Origin: Limisphaerales bacterium
GTDB taxonomy: Bacteria; Verrucomicrobiota; Verrucomicrobiia; Limisphaerales; SIBE01
Direction of reading: 5' to 3'
Assembly: GCA_044225505.1 (NCBI GenBank)
Contig: JBGAIN010000006.1
Coordinates: forward strand, 1 to 64,000
Length of the DNA stretch: 64,000 bases
The position numbers and the translations under genes were made by a program. Shown in pieces: positions 29,776 to 38,992 of the stretch (position 1 is the first letter of the stretch; every line of letters begins with the position of its first letter). The notes under the pieces are model-generated. The model had not been told where the DNA came from and did no database searches. It saw only the letters and a list, made by a program, of their open reading frames with translations.

Positions 29776-30918
29776 TCAGCCAAAGAGTCTTTGGTGTTCT
29801 TTTAGTGCGTAGGGATCTGTCATCCCGGCGATATATTCGCAAACCGCTTGATGCCAGCCAATTTGCGGAGCCCGCCGCCGCGCTTGATCCCCCACTTCGT
29901 CATGGTGCGCCAGGTAAAACCGGAATAGATCCCCGAGCATCTGCACGGCTCTCGAGTTGGGACCATGAACCTTCGGATTGTAATAGAGGTTTTTGTAGAG
30001 GTAACGGCGCAGCGCTTGATTCTCTTTCTTTCGGTTCGGGCTGTAGGCCACCAGGTTGCGCTGCTGTTGCCGCACTGCGTCGGCCGAAGTCACTCCGGCC
30101 CGCGCGATCCGAGCTTCCGTGGTCGTTACCACATCCCGGACCTGATCATCGATAATGCAGCGAATGGTATAATGGAGGCGCGTTTCGTCCGCGATAGGAC
30201 CGAAATCCGCCGTCACCCGCGCGGCCGCGTCGGCCCAAACCCTGGAACCTCGTTTCAGACTGTTTTCGTTCAACAATCCCGCCTCGAGCCCGTCGTCCAG
30301 ATCGTGACTATAATACGCAATCTCATCCGCCAAGTTGGCCACTTGCGCTTCCAGCGACGCTGACCGGAACTTGCCCTTTGCCCCTTTGGAGTCCCGTCCG
30401 GCCGTCTCGTGATGCTTGGCCAAGCCTTCGCGGACTTCCCAAGTCAAGTTGAGCCCGGGGAAGGAGGGATACTTTTGTTCGAGCTCTTCCACGAGCCGAA
30501 GGCTATGCCGGTTATGTTCGAAGCCACCATGCTCACGCATGAATCGGTTCAGGACCGCTTCGCCTTTGTGGCCAAAGGGGGAATGTCCCAGGTCGTGCGC
30601 GAGGGCAATCGCTTCGGCCAGATCTTCATTCAAGCGAAGGGCACGCGCGATATTGCGAGCGATCGCCGCCACCTCCATCGTATGCGTCAGCCTGGTCCGT
30701 AAATGATCTCCCGTGCCATTCAAGAAGACTTGGGTTTTATACTCCAGTCGACGAAAGGCGCGCGAGTGAATCACCCGATCCCGGTCGCGCTGGAATTCCG
30801 TCCGCCAAACTGGCGGGGCCTCCTCGTGCTTCCGGCCGCGGGAATTGGCGCTGAGCTGCGCGTAAGGAGCTAGCGCTATTCGTTCCCGCGCTTCCAATTC
30901 ATCCCGTGTGCAGGGCAT
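29776..30918 (-). CDS. dgt: Deoxyguanosinetriphosphate triphosphohydrolase (HD family)
   Basis: FQRDRDRVIHSRAFRRLEYKTQVF, RTRLTHT, HDLGHSPFGH, YIAGMTD. Confidence 0.93.
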   Translation of the reverse strand: MPCTRDELEARERIALAPYAQLSANSRGRKHEEAPPVWRTEFQRDRDRVIHSRAFRRLEYKTQVFLNGTGDHLRTRLTHTMEVAAIARNIARALRLNEDLAEAIALAHDLGHSPFGHKGEAVLNRFMREHGGFEHNRHSLRLVEELEQKYPSFPGLNLTWEVREGLAKHHETAGRDSKGAKGKFRSASLEAQVANLADEIAYYSHDLDDGLEAGLLNENSLKRGSRVWADAAARVTADFGPIADETRLHYTIRCIIDDQVRDVVTTTEARIARAGVTSADAVRQQQRNLVAYSPNRKKENQALRRYLYKNLYYNPKVHGPNSRAVQMLGDLFRFYLAHHDEVGDQARRRAPQIGWHQAVCEYIAGMTDPYALKEHQRLFG

Positions 30919-31141
30919 ACGTAAGGTAACCTCGAATTTGCGTTCTCGGCAATCTCGCTGAATAACGAAAGGCTCTAAGCTGGAGTCTGGCAGGCGGGCT
31001 AAATCCGTCACCGCAAGGGTCTATGGACTTAAGAGCATCGACACGAACCGACATACGGAGGACTAACGACGCCTCCGGCAGCTCCGCCCAACAGCTGCTG
31101 TCAACTTGACGAATGCCAGTGAGCCGGACGTCTTGTCTGAC

Positions 31142-31384
31142 ATGAAAGAAGTCAACGCCCGCGAGTTTCAAAAGGCGTTTAGCAAGCTGACAACCGAACT
31201 GCCGCAGGGACAGACGATTGCCATTACCATGAAAGGTAAACCTCTCGGCTTCTTTACTAAAGCTCCAGTTCCATCGCAACCCGTTCTAATGCCGGATTTT
31301 GCAGCAAATCTCGAGGCAATGCCTTACGATCCGAAAGAGGCGGAACGAATCATTCGGGAGGTTCTGGATGAGACCGTATCTTGA
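31142..31384 (+). CDS. Phd/YefM-like type II antitoxin
   Basis: MKEVNAREFQK...IAITMKGKPLG...MPDF; overlaps a downstream PIN gene. Confidence 0.7.
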   Translation: MKEVNAREFQKAFSKLTTELPQGQTIAITMKGKPLGFFTKAPVPSQPVLMPDFAANLEAMPYDPKEAERIIREVLDETVS

Positions 31385-31595
31385 TGGTGGTTTCCTCCTC
31401 GCTTTGCTAGCGAAGATTCCCGGAACGCCTATCGCCGCACGGTTGCTCCGGACCCTTTCGACTCCGGTCCCCATCAACTTTTTGCATCCAGCTTTGGCTT
31501 TGGCTTCCGGAGCCACTGAGTTTTACAGTTTTGATCCTCGGCCACGTCGACTAGCTAGTTCACACGGCATGAAGATCCTTCCTGAAAAACTGTAA
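31368..31595 (+). pseudogene. VapC-like PIN toxin with central deletion (75 aa)
   Basis: PIN N-terminus (MRPYLDGGFLL) and C-terminus (LHPALA...FYSFDPR...LA...G) present, middle missing. Confidence 0.65.
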
Positions 31596-31698
31596 TCCGA
31601 GAGTGGCTGTGGCGGTTCGTCCCTTTTGCATCAAAGCGACGGTGACATTTCATAACTCGCGTCCAATTGCTAGGGGCTGGATCAGTTTCAGCACTTCC

Positions 31699-32925
31699 CT
31701 ACGTGGCCGCGACTAGCTCTTGCACAGAGAGTCCGCGCAGCTCGAACAGACGGCGAATCACATCTTCAATCAGGTTGTTCGGGCACGAAGCGCCCGCGGT
31801 GACCCCCACCGTGATTTTGCCGGTCGGCAACCAATCCTGCGTTTCCACTTCGCGATGCAAATGCTGGTCGTAGTGGACGATCGTCTTGTCCGAAAGCATC
31901 TTGGCCGCGTTCTTTATAAAATAGGTCGGCAGTTTGGCTTCACCCATTTCCGCCAGGTGCGACGTGTTGGAGGAATTGTACCCTCCGATCACCAACAGGA
32001 AATCGAGCGGTTCCGCCAGCAACTTCTGCAGCGCATCTTGCCGGTCTTGGGTCGCGCCGCAAATCGTATCGAAGAAGCGGAAGTGCTTGGAAAGTTCAGT
32101 CGGGCCGTATTTCTTAGCGATCGCCGCGCGGATACGGCGCTGCACATCCTCCGTTTCCCCACGCAGCATGGTTGTCTGATTCGCCACGCCTACCGCTTGC
32201 AGATGGATATCAGGATCAAATCCAGCCGAATACGCCCCTTTGAATTTCTCCAGGAACTCCTGTTTGTTACCCCCGTTGACGATGTAATCGCAGACGTAAT
32301 CCGTTTCGGCCAGAGTAAAAACGACCAGGTACTGCCCGCCGGTATCCGTGGCTTGAGAACTAGTCGCCTTGGTTTCTTCGTGCCAAGCCTTGCCATGGAT
32401 AATGCTCGTCACCTTGTCCGTGGAATACTGGCGGACCCGTTTCCAAACGCTCATCACGTCACCGCACGTCGTATCGACAAAGACGCACCCTTTCGCTTCC
32501 AGCTTCGCCCGTGTGCTCATCTCCGTCCCGAACGCTGGAATCAACACCACGTCGCCCTGGCGCAAATCTTCGATGTCCGCATCCTTCTCCTTGCCCGAGA
32601 GGAACTTGATATCCATGGCCCGAAGCTGATCGTTGACTTCCGGGTTGTGAATAATCTCGCCCAGGATGTAAAGAGGCTGGTCGGGAAACACCTTGCGCGC
32701 GGCGTAAGCCAGGTCAATGGCCCGCTCCACTCCGTAGCAAAAGCCGAATTCTTTCGCGAGTTTCACAGTGAGGAGGCCATCGACGGAAAGGACGTCCCCC
32801 TTGGCTCGGATGCGGTCGATCAGCTCGCTCCGGTAGTGCGAAAGCACTTGCGCCTGGACCGCTTCCATGACGTCGGGGCGGCGGAGGTTGATCTTACGGG
32901 GCGCAACCGGTGCTGATGATGACAT
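31699..32925 (-). CDS. ispH: 4-hydroxy-3-methylbut-2-enyl diphosphate reductase
   Basis: FGFCYGVERA, IIHNP, DTTC, NQTT, DTICGATQDRQ, SSNT, TAGASCP. Confidence 0.96.
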   Translation of the reverse strand: MSSSAPVAPRKINLRRPDVMEAVQAQVLSHYRSELIDRIRAKGDVLSVDGLLTVKLAKEFGFCYGVERAIDLAYAARKVFPDQPLYILGEIIHNPEVNDQLRAMDIKFLSGKEKDADIEDLRQGDVVLIPAFGTEMSTRAKLEAKGCVFVDTTCGDVMSVWKRVRQYSTDKVTSIIHGKAWHEETKATSSQATDTGGQYLVVFTLAETDYVCDYIVNGGNKQEFLEKFKGAYSAGFDPDIHLQAVGVANQTTMLRGETEDVQRRIRAAIAKKYGPTELSKHFRFFDTICGATQDRQDALQKLLAEPLDFLLVIGGYNSSNTSHLAEMGEAKLPTYFIKNAAKMLSDKTIVHYDQHLHREVETQDWLPTGKITVGVTAGASCPNNLIEDVIRRLFELRGLSVQELVAAT

Positions 32926-32959
32926 AGCCGGGAGAGCTTAACACCTGCCCGCGCCGCGT

Positions 32960-33862
32960 CTAGCTCTTCTCCGCAAGCTGTTCCAGGATCGCTTTCTGCA
33001 CATGCAGCCGGTTTTCCGCCTGGTCAAAGATCGTCTCCGCGTTGGCTTCAAAGGTCTCCTCGTCAATCTCTTTGCCGCGATACGCCGGCAAACAATGCAT
33101 GACCAGAGCATCGGATTTAGCCAGGCGCACGAGCTTGCGATTGAGTTGATAACCGTTCAAATCCCGCAGTCGTTCCGCGCCTTCTCCTTCGCGGCCCATC
33201 GAAACCCAGACGTCGGTATAGAGCAAATCCGCGCCGCGCGCCATTGCGGCCGGGTCTTCACTGCAGACCACTTGCGCTCCAGCTCGCTCCAGGAGTGCGG
33301 GGCTCGGTTGATACTTCGCGGGCGCCGCGATGCGCAATTGGAACTCCAACTTGCCCGCGGCAAAGAGCCAGGAAGCAGGCACATTGCACGCGCCATCCCC
33401 GACAAAGGTGACGATCTTTCCGCGAATGCTCCCACGCTTTTCCTGGTAGGTAAAAACGTCCGCCAATATCTGGCAGGGATGCTCTTCGTCGGTCAACGCG
33501 TTGACGGTCGGAATCCCGGAATACTCCGCGAACTCTTCCACGTCTCGCTGGGCAAACGTTCGTATCACGGCCCCGTGCACCATGCGGCCCATGACACGAG
33601 CCGTATCGCGAATCGGCTCGCCTCGTCCCAGCTGAATATCGTTGGCCGAGAGAAACATCACTTGGCCGCCGAGCTCGCGAATCCCTACCTCAAAGGAGAC
33701 GCGCGTTCGCGTGGATGACTTGGAGAAGATCAACGCCCAGATCTGGCCTTGGAGTGGGTCGCGTCCTTTCTGGCCACGCTCCCGTTTCGCTACGGCAGCG
33801 CCTTCCAGGATTTTGTGGATCTCGCCGCTTGCGAGCTTTTCCAGACTCAACAGATGTTTCAT
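32960..33862 (-). CDS. argF: Ornithine carbamoyltransferase
   Basis: SSTRTRVSFE, HPCQILAD, DVWVSMG, HCLP, QAENR. Confidence 0.95.
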   Translation of the reverse strand: MKHLLSLEKLASGEIHKILEGAAVAKRERGQKGRDPLQGQIWALIFSKSSTRTRVSFEVGIRELGGQVMFLSANDIQLGRGEPIRDTARVMGRMVHGAVIRTFAQRDVEEFAEYSGIPTVNALTDEEHPCQILADVFTYQEKRGSIRGKIVTFVGDGACNVPASWLFAAGKLEFQLRIAAPAKYQPSPALLERAGAQVVCSEDPAAMARGADLLYTDVWVSMGREGEGAERLRDLNGYQLNRKLVRLAKSDALVMHCLPAYRGKEIDEETFEANAETIFDQAENRLHVQKAILEQLAEKS

Positions 33863-34014
33863 TGCCTAAACCACCAGCGAAAAAAGAAAGGAAAGCATAG
33901 CATCCATCCGCCACTCAAGCGAATTCCCGTCTCCATTCGACTGGCAAATCTGACATTACGCTTGCGCCATGCTGGAGCTCGAGCGAGCAAGTTCCGGGCG
34001 GGTTGATTCGAGGC

Positions 34015-34064
34015 GCCGGTGCAAGGCCGGTGCAAGGCTGCTGCAACGCCGGTGCAAGGCCGGT
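34015..34064. repeat. 11-bp tandem repeat GCCGGTGCAAG, ~4.5 copies
   Basis: gccggtgcaag gccggtgcaag gctgctgcaac gccggtgcaag gccggt. Confidence 0.85.
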
Positions 34065-34271
34065 CACGGAGTGGCCTCGGTCCGGCATTGGACTGGGATA
34101 ACACCCGGGTTGGTCCGCTCCAACCCCGATCCGTTCCTAGCGCGTCTCCCTTGTGTTCCCCCCTCTTTCCCGTCAGCGACCCGCGTCATTCACCCAACTC
34201 ACTTCCGCTCGGTCGCTCCCTTGGGGCTCATGTAGACGCTAACTCCTTGAAATCACGACAATAACGAAATC

Positions 34272-34297
34272 GTGACAGTTTGAGACCAAATTGTCAC
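34272..34297. repeat. Inverted repeat GTGACAGTTTG-agac-CAAATTGTCAC
   Basis: 11-bp arms with one mismatch, 10 nt before the 157-bp repeat. Confidence 0.7.
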
Positions 34298-34307
34298 CCG
34301 AGTGTGC

Positions 34308-34639
34308 CTCCCTGTCGGTCAACGGACTCGCATGCTCGCGATTTGCCGCTTATAAGGCAAAAACGGACCCTAAAAATCGAAGATAAGCTCAATCTGTAAC
34401 GTTATCGAAATCCGTAAAACACACAGAATGAGCAACTTGCCCTGGTGACAGGAGAACCAAAGGGCGAAGACATTTGCCGATGCTCCCTGTCGGTCAACGG
34501 ACTCGCATGCTCGCGATTTGCCGCTCATAAGGCAAAAACGGACCCCAAAAATCGAAGATAAGCTCAATCTGTAACGTTATCGAAATCCGTAAAACACACA
34601 GAATGAGCAACTTGCCCTGGTGACAGGGGAACCAAAGGG
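34308..34639. repeat. 157-bp direct repeat x2 (34308-34464; 34483-34639), period 175
   Basis: Copies differ by three transitions; 18-nt spacer; each unit bounded by CCTGTC...GACAGG. Confidence 0.92.
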
Positions 34640-34709
34640 GAAAAGAACCAAGCATGCCGAAGTGTGCAGACCGAGGAGAAAAATGACCGTGTGCGATCGC
34701 CCTGGCGGA

Positions 34710-37136
34710 CTATCGCCACAAAGATACCGTGCCTACCACAGCGCCGCTCGCAACGTTCACCAACGTCACAATTGGCTCGGACACCTTATTGGGTACAGGA
34801 GGGCGTTCGCCCAGAAGCGCGATACAGTCGGGACCGGGCAGCACTTGTGCCAAGCGACCGATGCCCGTGGCGGTGTTCCAGAGCGGTTTGCCGTCGGGAG
34901 CGATTCGCACCAGCGTGAACGGGGCCAAAGGTTCCGTCCCCACGCGATGCAGAAGAAAGAAACTGTCGGGTTGGGCCTCGTGCCGAACCGAACCGCCAGG
35001 TTTGGCGCGGAGAAAAGTCGCAGCGCGATACTCCGTGGTCGTGAGACGTTCGCAGCTGCCGATGCGCGAGCGCGACTCGCTCGTCTCTAGATTGCCCCGA
35101 TACAGTTGCCGTATCTGGTCCTTGTCGCTGGCGGAGAAATCCCGCGGCAGTGAGAAGCCCGGTTTGAAATTGTTCTTCGCATCGTCCGCGGTCAAAGCTG
35201 CGATCCATTCGTTGGCTGAGATCAAACCGCCGGAACACAAGGACTTTTCGAGGCGATCTTTAGATTGCTCTTCCAACCACGAGCCGCGCGAGGGTGGCGG
35301 GCACGCGGTCGCCTTGAGCGTCTCCGCCGCGAACTCATAGGCCTGGCTCCAGTCTGGCGACACGGCTACGAAGCGATCGGTGAATTCAGACCGCGCCGAG
35401 TTGAGGAACAGCTCCAATTCCGGATTCCGCTTCCGCAAGTCCACTCGGCGGGCGATGTGTTTCGTCTTTAGATTCACAGCGAAGAGGTCGAGCGCCTGAA
35501 TCCAAACCACATTACCGTCTGCACCGAGAATCTTCGTCATTGGTGTTGAGGCGTTCGCTTGTTGCTGGCGGATCAGCGTAAAAGTCTCCTGATGGGTTGG
35601 GTCGGCGATTGAAATCGCCAGCAGATCGATGCGGAAACGGTCCTTGCCGGGAATCCGATGCAACGTCGGTAGATACCGCTCGGTAGTGTGAACGAGCTGT
35701 AAAATGTGAGTTGGCGTACGCGCAGCGGCGCCCAGCGGAAGGCCGGTGGATTTAATGGACAGGAAATGCCACGCGACCAAACCCGCCGTGAGCAACCCCA
35801 GGACCCCTATCACGAGCCCCTTCGCCAACGGCGTCGAATACAGCGGAAACATCGTGGCCCCCCCGAGTTTTTGGGGCAAGGACGCCAAGCCTGTCACCGC
35901 GCCGGAGCTGCCGCTGAATCCACCGCTGCGCAGGTCGTCCGGATGCGGTGGTGAAACCGAGCTCATGCGGCGTAAGATCAACTTCCACGCGTCGAGCGCG
36001 GGCAACTCCTGCGTGTCCGCGTGGCGCTTGACATCGAACTGGTAGAATTGCCAGAGCATCTGCAGAAACTCGGACTCGTCCGAGAACTCCTTGACGCCAG
36101 GATAATCGCCGTAATCCGAGCGAATGAATTTTCCGTTCCGCCAGAAGATGTTGGTGCCGCCTTCCTTGTGTGATGTGCCGAATGTCCCGCCGCGTTTCAC
36201 GCCTTCCACAAGGGCGCGCTGCACCGCCGCCACCGAATCCAGATGCCGTTGCGCATGGAGCGTTGCCTCGGAATATTTCCGGTAACGTTCACCCTGTTCC
36301 TCGGCGGCCGCCAGGGGGGCGGTAGGAGCCAGATCGCGCGTCCAAAACTGATACCAACTGACAGACGTCTTACGGAAGTAATCATGGTGCTTTGTGTCCG
36401 CGTCGGCCCACGATGCTTCCGTGTGGAGCGAGAAGTAGTTATGAAAGGTTCGCGCTGCGACGAAACGGAGCTCAAAGTGATAACGGGCACCGGTTACGTT
36501 CGCCACGGCGTTCATGCGCAATTGCCCACCTTCCACAGCGGCGTTGAACAAGACCATTAATTCGCGTTCCAGGGCGAATTGCACTTCATGGGGCGGGCGC
36601 TTGTCGCGGAAATGCAGTACTCGTGTCCAGCCGGTCGCCGTTTCCGTGACTGAAGTGGACGACGCGGAAGCATCGCCTGGCGCAGAACGGTTGCCAACGG
36701 CATTGGGTTCAGGAGATCCCGATGCCGCGGAGGACAATGGAGCGTCGACGCCTGCCCACTCAGCTCCCGCCTGACGCGCTGCGAATTTCGCCAGAGCGTC
36801 CGGTTTCGCCTCGTGCGCTTTGCGGATCGCGTCCATGTCCGGCTCGGGCGGAGGCGGATTGGGCGCTTCGAGGACGAAGAAGAACCTTTTTGCATCGGTG
36901 AACTCACCCGAGTAGAGCGAGCTGTTTCGCTCGTAAAAACTCAGCCCGCTGCCAGACGCGCGCGGGCGCGTGCTGATCTTCTTCGCGAGCTTGATGTAAG
37001 CGCCAACGGGCGGGGCAGGGTGACTATGGCCAATTTCGTCGATGGTGTTGCCGGCGGCGAGTTCCGCCTCAACCAGCGCGCGGAGCGCAGACGGAAATTG
37101 CGCGAGTTCTTTTTGTTGTTCAGCGTTCAGGCTCAT
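34710..37136 (-). CDS. Multi-domain hypothetical protein with central TM helix and C-terminal beta-rich (PA2928-like) region
   Basis: 808-aa ORF; TM GLVIGVLGLLTAGLVAW; C-terminal ILGADGNVVWI and PDGKPLWN propeller-type motifs. Confidence 0.7.
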   Translation of the reverse strand: MSLNAEQQKELAQFPSALRALVEAELAAGNTIDEIGHSHPAPPVGAYIKLAKKISTRPRASGSGLSFYERNSSLYSGEFTDAKRFFFVLEAPNPPPPEPDMDAIRKAHEAKPDALAKFAARQAGAEWAGVDAPLSSAASGSPEPNAVGNRSAPGDASASSTSVTETATGWTRVLHFRDKRPPHEVQFALERELMVLFNAAVEGGQLRMNAVANVTGARYHFELRFVAARTFHNYFSLHTEASWADADTKHHDYFRKTSVSWYQFWTRDLAPTAPLAAAEEQGERYRKYSEATLHAQRHLDSVAAVQRALVEGVKRGGTFGTSHKEGGTNIFWRNGKFIRSDYGDYPGVKEFSDESEFLQMLWQFYQFDVKRHADTQELPALDAWKLILRRMSSVSPPHPDDLRSGGFSGSSGAVTGLASLPQKLGGATMFPLYSTPLAKGLVIGVLGLLTAGLVAWHFLSIKSTGLPLGAAARTPTHILQLVHTTERYLPTLHRIPGKDRFRIDLLAISIADPTHQETFTLIRQQQANASTPMTKILGADGNVVWIQALDLFAVNLKTKHIARRVDLRKRNPELELFLNSARSEFTDRFVAVSPDWSQAYEFAAETLKATACPPPSRGSWLEEQSKDRLEKSLCSGGLISANEWIAALTADDAKNNFKPGFSLPRDFSASDKDQIRQLYRGNLETSESRSRIGSCERLTTTEYRAATFLRAKPGGSVRHEAQPDSFFLLHRVGTEPLAPFTLVRIAPDGKPLWNTATGIGRLAQVLPGPDCIALLGERPPVPNKVSEPIVTLVNVASGAVVGTVSLWR

Positions 37137-37178
37137 GACCGGACCACAAATCCAATGCGTTCGGGTAGTGCTCGAGTA

Positions 37179-38440
37179 TTATTCCGTTAGCCAGCGCAGC
37201 CAGAGCGGCCCTTGCCACACCGTGGGACGCCAGTTCCAACCCGCCCGCGTCACGGCTTCCACCATCGGCGATTTCATTTCCTGCAGGTTGAACGTGTAAG
37301 CGTAGCTCAACTCGGGCTTGAACCGGCCCTGTTCGTCAAGTTGCAGGCCGAACACACGTTGATGTTCGTACTGGAAGAACACAATGCCAAGCGCAGCTTT
37401 CCATTCAAGGTTCGCGCCGCCGCGTCCCGCTGACCAATCGAAACTCGCGAGGTAATCCGTCGCGCTCACCGTGCCGGCCTTTTCATCAAGCATGAGGCGG
37501 ATGCGGAATGTGCGTCGCAGACCGCGCGCCCGGGCCAGGTCGACCCACTTGGCGTCCGCATAACGCCAGGTCGCAAAGAATTCATTTGGCAACGGACCGC
37601 GTTCAATGCGGAAGGGCACGTCGAGCGTATTGACCGCTTCGAGCCTCGCCGCCAGTTCGCTGGCGGCCACTGGTGTCGTGCCGGGCTTGGCCGGATACGC
37701 CCCGGCCCAAGCCGCGCCTTTGAAGTAGTAAAGCACGACGATGAATAGGTAGGCCGCCAGGCCGACCGCGATCAGCGCGATGCGGAGGGGACTCTTCGGC
37801 TGGCTGGGGGCAGAAGCGGTGCCGCGGACTGCACTGGCCTCGGTTGTTGAAGCTTCGTTAAGCGGTGCGCGACGCGGGATCTCGAATCCGCCCGCGCTCA
37901 TGCGCTGCCGGATGGTCGCGTCGTCTTTGCCCGTCCAAACGCCTACCATGTTCCCGAAGTGCAGCACATAAGCGCGGTCGCCCACGGGGCGGGTCACGGC
38001 ATAACCACGCTGAGAATGGGAAAACGGCTGAGCAAAACCGTATCGCCGTTGGGTAGAATGGCGAACTGCGCGAATTCCGCAGTGGCAAAGACATCGCCAT
38101 GAGCGCGGCGCACGTCCGTGATGAGCTGCGGATCCGCGTCCGGACCGAACAAGGCTTTAGCATCGTTCTCCCGGGCGGCAGGGTTGGTGCGGGTGGCGAT
38201 CTGTTCTAGCGCCTCGGCGCGTGGTGCTTCGGTCTTTGCTGTTTTCAGCGCCCGGTAGCAATGCCCGATGAATTGCGGCACAACGATCAAAGCGAACAAG
38301 CCTGCGAACCAAGCGATCGGCCGCAAGGAGGCGCCCCCGCGTGCCATGAGCAGTCCCAAGAGAGAGCAGACGACGGCCCCCCCCGCCAGCAGAGCGAGGC
38401 TGATGAGAAGGCCGGTATCGGACCGAATAATCTGGAGCAT
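37179..38440 (-). pseudogene. Membrane protein gene probably split by frameshift near 38018 (ORFs 37994-38440 and 37179-37997)
   Basis: Downstream frame reads protein-like upstream of its GTG (SQRGYAVTRPVGDRAY); upstream frame ends soon after LLSRF. Two coupled genes (GTGA overlap) not excluded. Confidence 0.5.
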
Positions 38441-38449
38441 GGCAGTTAC

Positions 38450-38992
38450 TCAGCGCTTAAAGATTTCGCAATACAACGCCAGTAGAACCGTGGAGCAGAA
38501 AGTCACAACGACGCCCAGCACGACACCGATCGGCAGGGCGGAGAGCAGGATGAGAATTGAGCCGAGAGTTTTGTGGGCTTGAAACCAGGTCCCGAAGCCC
38601 GGCTTGGTCTCAGCCAGGATCATCGCGCCGGTTGCGGCCGTGGCGGGCGCGACGGCGAAAGCGCCCAAGGCGACCAGCAAAATGAACGCGGCGTCCTGAC
38701 CTTTCGCGCCCGAGCCGAGCCCTTCGATAAGTCTTCCGCCGCAAACTAGAATGGCGATAAAGGCGAACAGGATGGCGCGCCCCAGCCACCACCAGGTTCT
38801 CGCCCCGGGAACGAAGATGGTCGCGAAGGCAATTGGCGTGACGATAAACGGGAGCAGCCAAATGAGCTTTTCCATGAGCACAACATCGCGGCCTGCGCCC
38901 GAATTGTGGCGTCCACAGAACCAGAAGAGCACGACGCTGAAAAGCGCCAGCGCGGTTTCTGGTCCGATCAGATAGGTAAGAGGGCGGTTCAT
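38450..38992 (-). CDS. Hypothetical multi-pass membrane protein
   Basis: 180 aa, about five hydrophobic segments, ATGA overlap with upstream gene. Confidence 0.75.
   Translation of the reverse strand: MNRPLTYLIGPETALALFSVVLFWFCGRHNSGAGRDVVLMEKLIWLLPFIVTPIAFATIFVPGARTWWWLGRAILFAFIAILVCGGRLIEGLGSGAKGQDAAFILLVALGAFAVAPATAATGAMILAETKPGFGTWFQAHKTLGSILILLSALPIGVVLGVVVTFCSTVLLALYCEIFKR

Noticed and set aside
31720..32916. 398-aa + strand ORF
   Set aside because: Antisense shadow of ispH, typical of GC-rich codon bias
34395..34420. TGTAAC inside the 157-bp repeats as more copies of the island promoter
   Set aside because: No GCGGA at the 15-nt spacing
34015..34639. Repeats as a CRISPR array
   Set aside because: Unit sizes (11 bp without spacers; 157 bp x2) do not fit and there are no cas genes
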